Source: an uncultured Chloroflexia bacterium (GTDB lineage: Bacteria; Chloroflexota; Dehalococcoidia; DSTF01; JALHUB01). Taken from it: DNA of 64,000 bases. How positions within the stretch are numbered: the stretch's first letter is position 1; each line of letters starts with the position of its first letter. The stretch covers positions 1 to 64,000 of the forward strand of contig CAVSBT010000039.1 in assembly GCA_963726245.1 (NCBI GenBank). The letters run 5' to 3'. Under the pieces are notes generated by a model. The model searched no databases. It was given only the letters and a program-made list of their open reading frames with translations, and was not told the DNA's origin. Position numbers and translations under genes: made by a program. This document shows positions 9,223 to 22,713 of the stretch, piece after piece.

Positions 9223-10401
9223 GCCGTCCTCTCGCGAATTGTACACCCTCCTCTGAATCGCACAACGCTTGGAGGTCGCGTCGGCAGGGCAGGTGTGCTA
9301 TAAATTAAGTGTCTACCAGACAAGCGCCGGGCGTGGGCGGGGGCCGGGACGGGACCTTAAGTTCCGGTCCGGCCCTTGCGACATCTGGCGCAGGAAGGCC
9401 CAGAGCTTGCAGCAGGGATGCCCTCAGGAGGTCGAAGGTGTACCAAGACCTTAGCGTATTCACGGGCAACGCCCACCCGGACCTGGCGCTCTCCATCACC
9501 CGCTATCTGGACGTGCCTCTGGGCCAGTGTGAGGTCTTCCAGTTCAGCAACGAGAACATCTTCGTCCGTATCTGCGAGAATGTGAGGCAGCGCGACGTCT
9601 TCCTCGTGCAGCCCATCGTCTCGCCGGTGAACACGCGGCTCATGGAGCTGCTGATCATGATCGACGCCTTCAAGAGGGCGTCCGCCGGCCGCATCACCGC
9701 CGTCGTCCCCTACTACGCCTATGGACGCAGCGACAAGAAAGACCAGCCGCGCGTCCCCATCACGGGGCGGCTGGTGGCGAATCTCATCGAGACGGCCGGC
9801 GCCGACCGCCTGGTCACCGTTGACCTCCACGCCGGGCAGATCCAGGGCTTCTTCAACATCCCGGTCGACGAGCTTACCGCCCTCTACAACATTGCCGGCT
9901 ACTTCAAGCGGAAGAACCTGGAAAACCTGGTGGTGGTGGCCACCGACATCGGCGCCTCCAAGCGGGCCCGCAACGTGGCCCAGAGCCTCAATGCCCCTCT
10001 GGCCATCATCGAGAAGCGCCGCGTCGGCAACGACGACCGCGGCCAGGTGCTGAACGTCATCGGCGAGGTGGAGGGCAAGCGCGCCCTCATCGTCGATGAC
10101 GAGATCGACACCGCCACCACCACCGTCGCCTCGGCGCAGGCCCTCGAGGAGCGCGGCGTCGTCGAGGTCTACGCGGCCTGCACCCACGCTATCCTTTCGG
10201 GCCCGGCCATCGAGCGACTACAGGAGAGCAACATCCGTGAACTCGTGGTGACCGACACCGTGCCCCTACCAGCCGAGAAGCAGATACCGATGGTTACTGT
10301 GCTTTCTCTCTCGCCCCTTATCGGCGAGGCTATCCGGCGCATTCACACCGGCCATTCGGTGGGCGATCTATTCCACGAAGTGGAGAACGAGGTAGGCAAC
10401 T

Positions 10402-13045
<2,644 letters not shown>

Positions 13046-13055
13046 GTCTCCACCC

Positions 13056-13502
13056 ATGGCGCGCCCCCTCCACATCTCCGCAGGCATCATCCTCGTCAAC
13101 CCTCAGGGCCAGATCCTGCTCGAGCTGCGTCACAACGACCCCGCCATCCCGTACCCCGGATACTGGGGCCTCACCGGCGGCGGCGGCTTGCCCAGCGAGA
13201 CCCCCGAGGCCACGGCCCTCCGGGAGGTAGAGGAGGAGACCGGCTGGCGGGCGCCATCTATGACCTTCTTCCGTACCTACCATTTCGAGGGGACGCCGCC
13301 CGGACCCCGCTACGAGGTGCACATCTTCCACACTCTCGCGCCCAACGGCGACCTGCGCCCCGGCGAGGGCTGCGCCCTTCGCTTCTTCGCGCCGCAGGAG
13401 CTGGCCGGCCTCGACCTCGCCTACAACCACGCCGAGGTCCTCGCCGACTTCGTCGCCTCGCCCGACTACCAGACCTACCCGGCGGAGGCGCGAGATGACT
13501 AG
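13056..13502 (+). CDS. NUDIX hydrolase
   Basis: Nudix box GG...ETPEATALREVEEETG. Confidence 0.9.
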   Translation: MARPLHISAGIILVNPQGQILLELRHNDPAIPYPGYWGLTGGGGLPSETPEATALREVEEETGWRAPSMTFFRTYHFEGTPPGPRYEVHIFHTLAPNGDLRPGEGCALRFFAPQELAGLDLAYNHAEVLADFVASPDYQTYPAEARDD

Positions 13503-14256
13503 CGACACCAGCCCCGTCCGGTCGTCTGCCCCAGCCGCGGACCGCGAGGCCGTCGAGCACCTTCAGCGGGCGCTGAGCGAGGGCCGTCACTGGTTCCTCG
13601 CCGTGCTGGAGGCGATCGCCCTCTGGCGACCGGCGGACGAGCAGGTGGGTGAACGCCACTACCGCTATCTGATCGACGGGGAGGCCTTCGACTGGCTGCT
13701 CCTGGCCGAGCGCCTCTTGGAGTGCGTCGACGGCCGTGTACCGGAGGCGGAGCGCGACGCCCTCATCCTCTTCGGCGAGAAGCCCCTGCACCTGGACGAG
13801 ACCTGCTTCAAAGAGATCATCGGCGAGGCCAAGCACAGGGCCAACCTCAACTATCTGTATGGCGTCACGGTCGAAGAGGCCCTGCAACTGGCCGTGGAGG
13901 AGGAGGTCCTCAAGGATCGCCGCTCCCGCGTCTGGGGCGGCCGCGAACCCCTGGACGAGGCCGTCTTCCAGCGCATCTACGGCCGGGGCCAGCGAGACCT
14001 CCTGGCCGAGTTCCGGAGCCAGCGCGGCCTACCCGATGGCGACTCCATCTCCTTCGAAGAGGTGAAGGATCTCACCTACTGGCTCTTCAAGTACCGCATG
14101 CACCAGTGCGACCCGGCCCGCGTCGCCTCCGACACCCGCAAGGCCATCGTCCAGCTCTCACGCCTGGAGCTGGCCGCGCGGCCCGAGCGCCGGGCGCGCC
14201 GCCGCCTCGCCACGACGCCCGCCGAGGACGACCAGCGGGTCATCGACGCGGGGTAG
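13495..14256 (+). CDS. Hypothetical protein, mostly helical
   Basis: 253-aa ORF with GC3-biased codons overlapping the NUDIX stop codon; no recognised domain. Confidence 0.75.
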   Translation: MTSDTSPVRSSAPAADREAVEHLQRALSEGRHWFLAVLEAIALWRPADEQVGERHYRYLIDGEAFDWLLLAERLLECVDGRVPEAERDALILFGEKPLHLDETCFKEIIGEAKHRANLNYLYGVTVEEALQLAVEEEVLKDRRSRVWGGREPLDEAVFQRIYGRGQRDLLAEFRSQRGLPDGDSISFEEVKDLTYWLFKYRMHQCDPARVASDTRKAIVQLSRLELAARPERRARRRLATTPAEDDQRVIDAG

Positions 14257-14276
14257 CGCCGCATGATTGGCCATCT

Positions 14277-14338
14277 GTAGGGACAGAGCTTTAGCTCTGT
14301 CCGAGACCTTGCGGACGGAGCTGAAGCTCCGTCCCTAC
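14277..14338. repeat. Inverted pair of GTAG-REP palindromes (BIME-like)
   Basis: gtagggacagagctttagctctgtcc-N10-ggacggagctgaagctccgtccctac; same family as 1-19 and 62848-62877. Confidence 0.85.
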
Positions 14339-14414
14339 GGCAACAGCCCGAGGCCATCTTGTTGATGGTCGCAAATCGCCAGGCGGCGCCGTACTGTGCG
14401 GCAGGGAGGACACC

Positions 14415-15410
14415 ATGACCACCATCCCCCTCGAGCCCGTCGACTCCGTCACCATCACCACCCTCATCGACAACGTGACCGACGCGCTTCTCCAGGACCA
14501 GGGGCCAGCGAAGCGACTCGGCCTCGGCGGCCGTGGGGCTCCCGCAGAAGCGCCCCGCCTGCCGGCGGCGTTCCTGGAGGGCGGCCAGACGTTCGATGCC
14601 CCTCTAGCGGAGCACGGCTTCTCTCTGCTCATCACCATCAAGAAGGGCGACAGCGAGCGCCGCGTCCTCTATGACGCCGGCGTCACGCCGGATGGACTCG
14701 TCGAGAACATGCGGCGGATGGGCGTCTCTCCGAAAGACCCGGAGGCCATCGTCCTCAGCCACGGCCACTTCGACCACACCACCGGCCTCGACGGCCTGGT
14801 CCGCGTCCTCGGCCGCCCCAACCTGCCGGTGATCATCCACCCCGAGTTCTGGAGCCGCCGCCGCATCGCCATCCCCGGCCGCGAGCCCTTCGAGCTGCCC
14901 TCAACCAGCAAGTCTGCGCTCCGAGGCGCCGGGTTCGAGGTCATCGAGGAGAAGAGGCCCTCGTTCCTCCTCGACGGCTCCCTGCTTGTCACGGGGGAAG
15001 TGGACCGGACGACCGAGTTCGAGCGGGGATTCGCAATTCACCAGGCGTTCCGAGACGGCGGCTGGCAGCCGGACCCCCTCATCCTGGACGATCAGGCCGC
15101 TGTGCTGAACGTCCGCGACAAGGGATTGGTGATACTGACGGGCTGCGGCCACTCCGGCATCGTCAACATCGTGCGCTATGCCAGGAAGCTCACCGGCGTC
15201 GACCGCGTGTACGCGGTCATCGGCGGCTTTCACCTCAACGGCCCGCTCTTCGAGCCCATCATCCCGAACACGTGTGAGGCGCTGGCCGAGCTGGCGCCCG
15301 AGGTCATCGTGCCCGCCCACTGCACCGGCTGGCGCGCCACTCACGCCCTGGCGGCGAGCTTCCCGGACGCCTTCATCCAGAACGCCGTCGGCACCCGCTT
15401 CGAGCTGTAG
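14415..15410 (+). CDS. MBL-fold metallohydrolase (7,8-dihydropterin-...-phosphate synthase-like clade)
   Basis: AEHGFS, SHGHFDHTTG, GCGHSG..N, GGFHL, PAHCTG. Confidence 0.88.
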   Translation: MTTIPLEPVDSVTITTLIDNVTDALLQDQGPAKRLGLGGRGAPAEAPRLPAAFLEGGQTFDAPLAEHGFSLLITIKKGDSERRVLYDAGVTPDGLVENMRRMGVSPKDPEAIVLSHGHFDHTTGLDGLVRVLGRPNLPVIIHPEFWSRRRIAIPGREPFELPSTSKSALRGAGFEVIEEKRPSFLLDGSLLVTGEVDRTTEFERGFAIHQAFRDGGWQPDPLILDDQAAVLNVRDKGLVILTGCGHSGIVNIVRYARKLTGVDRVYAVIGGFHLNGPLFEPIIPNTCEALAELAPEVIVPAHCTGWRATHALAASFPDAFIQNAVGTRFEL

Positions 15411-15597
15411 CGGCGCCTGGAACCCGGAGCGCTCGGACGCTCGAACCTTGGGGCTGGGTTGTAGGGGCGCAGCAGCGGCGACCTTACGGTCGGATGCACA
15501 AGCGCCGTGGAGGGCTACATCCGGCTGAGGGGACATAGAGCCTGCGGCCGAATGGCCTACGATCTGTGAACCGGGGACCGGCGACGCCTCCGCCAAA

Positions 15598-15627
15598 TTG
15601 ACTTGGTTCGAGCCCCAATGCTAGCAT
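15598..15627 (+). promoter_or_regulatory. Putative sigma70 promoter of the nuo operon
   Basis: TTGACT-N18-TAGCAT with extended -10 TG. Confidence 0.5.
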
Positions 15628-15666
15628 TTGGGTAGAAGCGAATCAGATTCTGAACAAGGTCACGCT

Positions 15667-16022
15667 GTGCAGGAGCTTCTCGACAATTACGCCGCTGTTT
15701 TCCTGGCCGTGGTCATGGGCGCCTCGCTCGTCGTGGTGGCCCTGTTGACGACACGCTTCCTGGCGCCCTTCTCGCGTTCATCCGCCAAGGCCACCCCTTA
15801 CGAGTGCGGCATGCTCCCTATCGGACGCATCCGCGGCCAGGTGCAGGTGCGCTACTACCTTTTCGCTATCCTGTTCCTCATCTTCGATGTGGAGGCGGTG
15901 TTCATTTTCCCCTGGGCCGTGACCTTCGTTGGCGTGGGCAAGGCCGCTTTCTACGAGATGGTGCTCTTCATCGGCATCCTCTTCGCCGGGCTGGTCTACG
16001 CCTGGAAGAAGGGGGTCCTGCA

Positions 16023-16032
<10 letters not shown>
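15667..16032 (+). CDS. nuoA: NADH-quinone oxidoreductase subunit A
   Basis: [27 protein letters not shown]. Confidence 0.95.
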
Positions 16033-16648
<616 letters not shown>

Positions 16649-16652
<4 letters not shown>

Positions 16653-17204
16653 GCCCAGAGGAGCTGAAGGAAGCGCCCATCGTCCCTCCTCCTCCCGGCA
16701 GCGTCGCCGACCTCTTCGTCGCGGTTCTCCCCGACGTGACGTTTGAGGCCACCCAGGGCGCGCTGGACGTCATCCTGACCATCGACCGCGGGGATGTCCC
16801 GACTGTCCTGCGCGCCGCCAAGGACGACCCGCGGCTCGACTTCAAGTACCTGCGCTGCCTCTCCGGCGTCGACCACATGGAGGCCGGGCTGGAGGTCGTC
16901 TACCATCTCTACTCCTACAGCCACAAGCACAACGTCACCATCAAGACGCGCCTCCCCCAGGACGACCCCCGCGTCCCCTCCGTCACGTCCATCTGGAGAG
17001 GCGCCGACTGGCACGAGCGGGAGGCGGCGGAGATGTTCGGCATCTTCTTCGAAGGACACCCCAACCTGGTGCCTCTCCTCTTGCCCGAGGACATGACCGA
17101 CCACCACCCGCTGCGCAAAGACAACCCCCTGGCGGAGATCGAGGTGTGGCAGGGCGAACGCGCGCGGCCTCGCCGCCGGCGAGGCGGCCGAGGTGGAGGA
17201 GTAG
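16649..17204 (+). CDS. nuoC: NADH-quinone oxidoreductase subunit C (+1 indel near 17165)
   Basis: [20 protein letters not shown]...HPLRKD; repaired C-terminus ends at TAG 17202-17204. Confidence 0.9.
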
Positions 17205-17210
17205 CCTTTC

Positions 17211-18335
17211 GTGACGGTGGAACAGGAACGCGAGCTGGAGACCCTGGCGATCGACGTCAACGTCGGTCCCCAGCACCCGGCCACGCACGGCGTGTTCCGC
17301 ATGGTGCTCGCCATCGACGGCGAGAAGGTGGTCGATCTGGTGCCGCACATCGGCTACCTGCACCGCGGCGCCGAGAAGCTCTCCGAGAACCTCGACTACC
17401 GCCAGGCCATCGGCCTCCAGGACCGCACCGAGTACCTGGCCGCCTTCAACGCCGAGCTCTGCTACGTGATGGCGGTCGAGAAGCTGGCCGGCCTGGAAGT
17501 TCCGGAGCGGTCGGAGTACATCCGCGTCATCCTGGCGGAGCTGAACCGCATCACCAGCCACTACATGTTCATGGGCGCCTTCGGCACCGACATCGGCGTC
17601 TACGGCACCGCCTTCACCTACGGCTTCCGCGAGCGGGAGTACATCCAGGACCTCTTCGAGGAGGTCTCCGGCGACCGCATGATGTACGGCTACTTCCGGC
17701 CCGGCGGCGTCGCCTGGGACGTGCCCGACAACTTCAAGGAGCGGGTGCGCTGGTTGTGCCAGCAGACCCGCGTCGGCATCGGCGACATCGACGGCCTGCT
17801 GACCAAGAATGAGGTCTTCGTCTCCCGTACGCGCGGAATCGGCGCCATTTCGCTGGAGAAGGCCATCGACTACGGCCTGTCGGGGCCCGTCCTGCGTGCC
17901 TGCGGCCTGAAGGTGGACCTGCGGCGTGAGGAGCCCTACTCCATATACGACCGCTTCGATTTCGACATCCCCACCGGCGAGCGGGGCGACTGCTTCGACC
18001 GCTACGCGGTGCGCCTGGAGGAGATGCGGCAGTCGGTGCGCATCGTCGAGCAGGCCATCGAGCAGATGCCGGAAGGGCCCATCCTGCCGGAGAAGCTGCC
18101 GCGGCGCCTGCGCTGCCCGCCCGGCGAGGTCTACATGCGGGCCGAGAACCCCCGCGGCGAGTACGGCATCTACCTGGTCTCCAAGGGCGGCGATAAGCCC
18201 TACCGGCTCAAGATCCGCTCGCCCTCTTACTGCCATCTCATGGCCCTGAAGGAGATGACGGTCGGCCACTACCTGGCCGACGCCGTGGTCGTCCTGGGCT
18301 CTATCGACATCGTTCTGGGTGAGGTGGACCGGTGA
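17211..18335 (+). CDS. nuoD: NADH-quinone oxidoreductase subunit D
   Basis: GPQHPATHGVFR, GYLHRGAEK, DIVLGEVDR; no NiFe CxxC motifs. Confidence 0.95.
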   Translation: MTVEQERELETLAIDVNVGPQHPATHGVFRMVLAIDGEKVVDLVPHIGYLHRGAEKLSENLDYRQAIGLQDRTEYLAAFNAELCYVMAVEKLAGLEVPERSEYIRVILAELNRITSHYMFMGAFGTDIGVYGTAFTYGFREREYIQDLFEEVSGDRMMYGYFRPGGVAWDVPDNFKERVRWLCQQTRVGIGDIDGLLTKNEVFVSRTRGIGAISLEKAIDYGLSGPVLRACGLKVDLRREEPYSIYDRFDFDIPTGERGDCFDRYAVRLEEMRQSVRIVEQAIEQMPEGPILPEKLPRRLRCPPGEVYMRAENPRGEYGIYLVSKGGDKPYRLKIRSPSYCHLMALKEMTVGHYLADAVVVLGSIDIVLGEVDR

Positions 18336-19432
18336 TCGCTGATAACGTGTGGCTGGATGCCTTGGTCCGTCTCCTGGCCGTGCTCGGCCTCGCCATCCTT
18401 GTCGTGCTGGTCCTCACCTACGTCGAGCGCAAGTTCATAGGGCGCGTCCAGATGCGCCTGGGCCCCATGCGCACCGGGCCCTACGGCATCCTCCAGAGCC
18501 TGGCCGACACCATCAAGCTCGTGGTGAAGGAGGACCTGCGCCCCGCCAGCGCCGACCGCTGGCTCTTCGAGCTGGCGCCCATCGCCGCCTTCGTGCCTGC
18601 CTTCGCGGTACTTGTCGCCCTCCCCTTCACCGATAGCTGGGGCGTGAGGGTGCTGAACCTGGGCCTCTTCTACGTCGTGGCCGTCTCCGGCCTGTCCGTC
18701 CTGGGCTACATCATGGCCGGTTGGGCCTCCGACAATAAGTACGCCCTTCTGGGCGCCATGCGCTCGGCGGCCCAGCTCATCAGCTACGAGATACCGATGG
18801 TGGTGACCATCCTGGCCCTCGCCATGGTTGCCCGCTCCCTCAACCTCGTGCAGATTGTGGAAGCGCAGGGGCGCGTTCCCTTCATCGTCTGGCAGCCGCT
18901 GGGCTTCTTCATCTTCATGGCCGGGATGCTGGCCGAGACGTCGCGCCGCCCCTTCGACATCCCCTCCGCCGAGTCGGAGATCGTGGGCGGCCCCTGGATC
19001 GAGTACAGCGGCATCCGCTGGAGCATCCTCTTCGCCTTCACGGAGTACAGCACCATGTTCGGCCTCTCCGTGTTCGGGGCGCTCATCTTCCTGGGCGGCT
19101 GGAACTGGCCGCTGGGCCTGGATCTCGGCTGGTGGTGGCAGTTGCTTCTCATCTTCGTCAAGACCACCTTCTTGATCATGGTCACGCTCTGGATGAGCGC
19201 CACCTTCCCCCGCCTGCGCATCGACCAGCTCATGAGCTTCTGCTGGAAGCTCCTGTTGCCCATGGCCTTTGTTCAGATCTTCTTCAACGGACTAATCCTT
19301 GTGTACAAGTGGCCCGACTGGGTCCTGTTTCTCACGTCGGGTGGCGCCCTGGTCTTAATGGCCTTCTTAATCTATGATGCCACCCGTGTGAGGGCTCCGG
19401 CGCGGGCCGCGCCTAGAGAGGCGACCCCATGA
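18332..19432 (+). CDS. nuoH: NADH-quinone oxidoreductase subunit H
   Basis: ERK...Q.R.GP, NKYALLGAMRSAAQLISYE, RPFD...AESE, PRLRIDQ. Confidence 0.95.
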   Translation: MIADNVWLDALVRLLAVLGLAILVVLVLTYVERKFIGRVQMRLGPMRTGPYGILQSLADTIKLVVKEDLRPASADRWLFELAPIAAFVPAFAVLVALPFTDSWGVRVLNLGLFYVVAVSGLSVLGYIMAGWASDNKYALLGAMRSAAQLISYEIPMVVTILALAMVARSLNLVQIVEAQGRVPFIVWQPLGFFIFMAGMLAETSRRPFDIPSAESEIVGGPWIEYSGIRWSILFAFTEYSTMFGLSVFGALIFLGGWNWPLGLDLGWWWQLLLIFVKTTFLIMVTLWMSATFPRLRIDQLMSFCWKLLLPMAFVQIFFNGLILVYKWPDWVLFLTSGGALVLMAFLIYDATRVRAPARAAPREATP

Positions 19433-19894
19433 TCGGCGTTATGAAGGCGATGGTCGACCACCATGCGGACCATGCTCCGCAAGCCGGTGACCATCCAGTA
19501 CCCGACGGTGCACCGGGAGATCCCGGAGCGCAACAAAGGCTTCCCCCTCCTCCTCTGGGACTTCGAGACCGACGAGCCCTTCTGCACCGGCTGCCACGCC
19601 TGCGAGCGGGCCTGCCCGGTGGAGTGCATGACGGTCATCATGAAGGACAATCCCAAGTTCGCGGAGGGAACGAGCAAGCGGCGCAAGATCGTCGACGACT
19701 TCTGGATCGACAACGGCCGCTGCATGCGCTGCGGCATCTGCGTCGAGGTCTGCAACTTCGAGGCGATCGCCATGAACAACACGTGGACCGCCCAGGAGCA
19801 GTCGCGCTTCGACCGGGGTGACCTGGTGCTGGACCTGAGCCAACTGCTCGCTCAGTCGAAGGCCAAGAAGATTGACCCCTGGGTAGCTCCGTGA
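19429..19894 (+). CDS. nuoI: NADH-quinone oxidoreductase subunit I (+1 indel near 19456)
   Basis: TIQYP and two CxxCxxCxxxC 4Fe-4S motifs. Confidence 0.93.
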
Positions 19895-20388
19895 CGGGCA
19901 CGGAGTTCATCTTCTACCTGATGGCCGCGGCCGCCGTCGGGGGCGGCCTGGGCGTCGTCCTGGCTCCGAACGTCGTCTACGCCGCCCTTTTCCTGCTCCT
20001 CAGCCTCCTGGCGGTGGCCGCCTTCTACATCCTCCTGGCCACGGAGTTCCTGGCGCTGGTGCAGATCCTCATCTACGCCGGGGCCGTCACCATCCTGCTG
20101 CTCTTCGTGCTCATGCTGACGCGGGCGCACGACGTGACCGTGGCCCTCGACGGGCCTCAGAAGCCCTTCGCCGCCCTTGCCGGCCTGGCGCTTTTCGGGC
20201 TGCTGGCGACGGCGGTGGCGAAGACCACCTGGCCCCGCGACGCGGGCACGATCACGCGCGTCCCCTTCGAGAGCATAGGCGACGCCCTCTTCCGCAGATG
20301 GGCCGTCCCTTTTGAAGTGGCCTCACTGGTACTGCTGGTGGCCCTGGTGGGCGCCATAGTCCTCGCTCGTCCCGAGGAGGGCGAATAG
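19891..20388 (+). CDS. nuoJ: NADH-quinone oxidoreductase subunit J
   Basis: VQILIYAGAVTILLLFVLML, PFEVAS..LLVALVGAI. Confidence 0.95.
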   Translation: MTGTEFIFYLMAAAAVGGGLGVVLAPNVVYAALFLLLSLLAVAAFYILLATEFLALVQILIYAGAVTILLLFVLMLTRAHDVTVALDGPQKPFAALAGLALFGLLATAVAKTTWPRDAGTITRVPFESIGDALFRRWAVPFEVASLVLLVALVGAIVLARPEEGE

Positions 20389-20391
20389 ACC

Positions 20392-20718
20392 TTGGAGAGC
20401 GTTGCTCAGGAGATCCCGCTGGAGCACTTCCTCATCGTCAGCGGGATTCTCTTCTCCCTGGGCGTCTACGGCGTCCTGGCACGCCGCAACGCCGTCCTCA
20501 TCCTCATGTCGGTTGAGTTGATGCTGAACGCTGTCAGCATCAACATGGTAGCCTTCGCCGTCTACACCGCCCCGGACCTGTTTGTCGGCATCATCTTCGC
20601 CGTGTTCGTTATCACGGTCGCCGCCGCGGAGGTGGGACTGGCGCTGGGCATCATCCTGCGCATCTATCGCAACCGGGCCACGGCCAACGTGGACGAGGTG
20701 GACCAGCTCAAGTGGTGA
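20392..20718 (+). CDS. nuoK: NADH-quinone oxidoreductase subunit K
   Basis: RRN...LMSVELMLNA, VAAAEVGLAL. Confidence 0.95.
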   Translation: MESVAQEIPLEHFLIVSGILFSLGVYGVLARRNAVLILMSVELMLNAVSINMVAFAVYTAPDLFVGIIFAVFVITVAAAEVGLALGIILRIYRNRATANVDEVDQLKW

Positions 20719-20787
20719 GGGCTGCCCTCGCCGCCTGCTGATCGCCACCGACTCTGATCACCGCTCAAGGAGGTAGCGTCCCCAACG

Positions 20788-22701
20788 ATGATCGGGATGT
20801 CGGACGCCTGGCTGATTCCTGTGCTGCCGGCCGCGGCCTTTGTCGTCCTGGTGCTGTTCGGCAACTACCTCCCCCGGAAGGGCGACTGGCTCGCCATCCT
20901 CGCCATCTCCGGTTCCTTCGTCCTCTTCTTCTTCGTCGCGGCTGACCTCACCGACGCTCTGGCCAAGACCGGCCGGGAGTTCGCCGGCGTCTCCAACAGC
21001 CACACCTGGTTCCGGGTGGGCGACGTCTTCGAGGTGCGACTGGGCGTCTTCGTCGACCAGATCGCCGTCGTGATGCTGGCGGTGGTGACCTTCGTGTCGC
21101 TGATGGTGCAGGTCTACTCCCTGAGCTACATGAAGGGGGACGCGCGCTACGGCTGGTACTACGCCGTCATGTCCCTCTTCGCCGCCGCCATGCTTACCCT
21201 GGTCCTGGCCGACAACTTCCTTCTCCTCTACTTCGTCTGGGAGATCGTGGGCATCTGCTCCTACCTGCTCATCGGCCACTACCACGAGCGGCGCTCGGCG
21301 GCGGAGGCGGCGAAGAAGGCCTTCATCACCACCCGCATCGGCGACCTGGGCTTCCTCATCGGGATCATCCTCCTCTGGCGCTCCGTGGGCACCTTCAACA
21401 TCTCGGAGACCTTTCGGGCCGCCGGCGCCGGCGAGATCCCTACCAACTACCTGACGGTGTCGGTGCTTCTCCTCTTCCTGGGGGCGATGGGCAAGTCGGC
21501 CCAGTTCCCCCTGCACGTCTGGCTGCCCGACGCCATGGAGGGCCCGACGCCGGTCAGCGCCCTCATCCACGCCGCCACGATGGTGGTAGCCGGAGTCTAC
21601 TTGGTGGCCCGCACCTTGCCCCTCTTTCAGGCCGCCGCCGGGTTCACGCTGCCCCTGGTGACGGGCATCGGCCTCATCACCGTCCTCATGTCGGCCACGA
21701 TGGGGCTGGTGATGTCCGACATCAAACGCGTCGTCGCCTACTCCACCCTCAACAGCCTGGGGCTGATGATGGTGGCCCTGGGGGCCGGCTTCACCACGGC
21801 CGCCATGTTCTATCTCTTCGTGCACGCCTTCTTCAAGGCCCTGCTCTTCCTCGCCGCCGGCTCCGTCTACCACGCCACCGACGAGCTGGAGGTGGAGCAG
21901 ATGGGCGGCCTGGCGCGGAAGATGCCGCTGACGGCCATCACCTTCGCCATCGGCGCCCTCTCCATGGCCGGCATCGTGCCGCTGGCCGGCTTCTGGGCCA
22001 AGGACGACATCCTGCGCGCCAGCTTCGATAACCAGAACATCGCCGTCTTCCTGCTGATCGCGGCCAGCGTCGTGCTGACGGCGCTCTACATGACCCGCCT
22101 GGTGCTCCTCGTCTTCACGGGCGAGCCGCGCAACCGCCGCGTCCAGGAGCACGCCCACGACGGCCCGCCCGCCATGTCGCTGCCCCTGGTGGCCCTGGCT
22201 GTGCTCACGGTCGTGGGCGGCTTCGTCGCCTTCGACGCCGTGGGGAAGGTTCTGGGCTTCCCGGGCGGCATCGGGAAGTTCGTCTTCGTCGGCGGCGAAC
22301 CGGAGAGCTTCGCCGTCAACGCCGGCGTGATGGCGCTGTCCATCGTCCTGGCGGTGGCGGGCGTCATCGGCGGCCTCTACATCTGGCGAGGGCAGGCTTT
22401 GCCCGCCCGTCGCGCCGCCGAGGCTTTCCCCTGGGCCTACCGCATCCTGCGCAACAAGTACTACATGGACGACATCTACCAGACCCTAATCAACCGCGTC
22501 GTGCTGACCTTCTCCGCCGTGGTGGCCTTGTTCGACCGCGTCGTGGTGAACGACACGGGCGTCAACGGCACCGGCGCCGTGCCGCGCATCACGGGCTACG
22601 TGCTCAAGTTCCACGAAACGGGCAAGCTGCCCAACTACGCGTTGGGCATGGCCGTAGGCGTCATCGTGCTGGCCGTGGTGGCCTTCTCGCTGGCCGCATA
22701 G
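20788..22701 (+). CDS. nuoL: NADH-quinone oxidoreductase subunit L
   Basis: GKSAQFPLHVWLPDAMEGPTPVSALIHAATMV, HAFFKALLFL. Confidence 0.96.
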   Translation: MIGMSDAWLIPVLPAAAFVVLVLFGNYLPRKGDWLAILAISGSFVLFFFVAADLTDALAKTGREFAGVSNSHTWFRVGDVFEVRLGVFVDQIAVVMLAVVTFVSLMVQVYSLSYMKGDARYGWYYAVMSLFAAAMLTLVLADNFLLLYFVWEIVGICSYLLIGHYHERRSAAEAAKKAFITTRIGDLGFLIGIILLWRSVGTFNISETFRAAGAGEIPTNYLTVSVLLLFLGAMGKSAQFPLHVWLPDAMEGPTPVSALIHAATMVVAGVYLVARTLPLFQAAAGFTLPLVTGIGLITVLMSATMGLVMSDIKRVVAYSTLNSLGLMMVALGAGFTTAAMFYLFVHAFFKALLFLAAGSVYHATDELEVEQMGGLARKMPLTAITFAIGALSMAGIVPLAGFWAKDDILRASFDNQNIAVFLLIAASVVLTALYMTRLVLLVFTGEPRNRRVQEHAHDGPPAMSLPLVALAVLTVVGGFVAFDAVGKVLGFPGGIGKFVFVGGEPESFAVNAGVMALSIVLAVAGVIGGLYIWRGQALPARRAAEAFPWAYRILRNKYYMDDIYQTLINRVVLTFSAVVALFDRVVVNDTGVNGTGAVPRITGYVLKFHETGKLPNYALGMAVGVIVLAVVAFSLAA

Positions 22702-22713
22702 GGTAAGGGAAAG

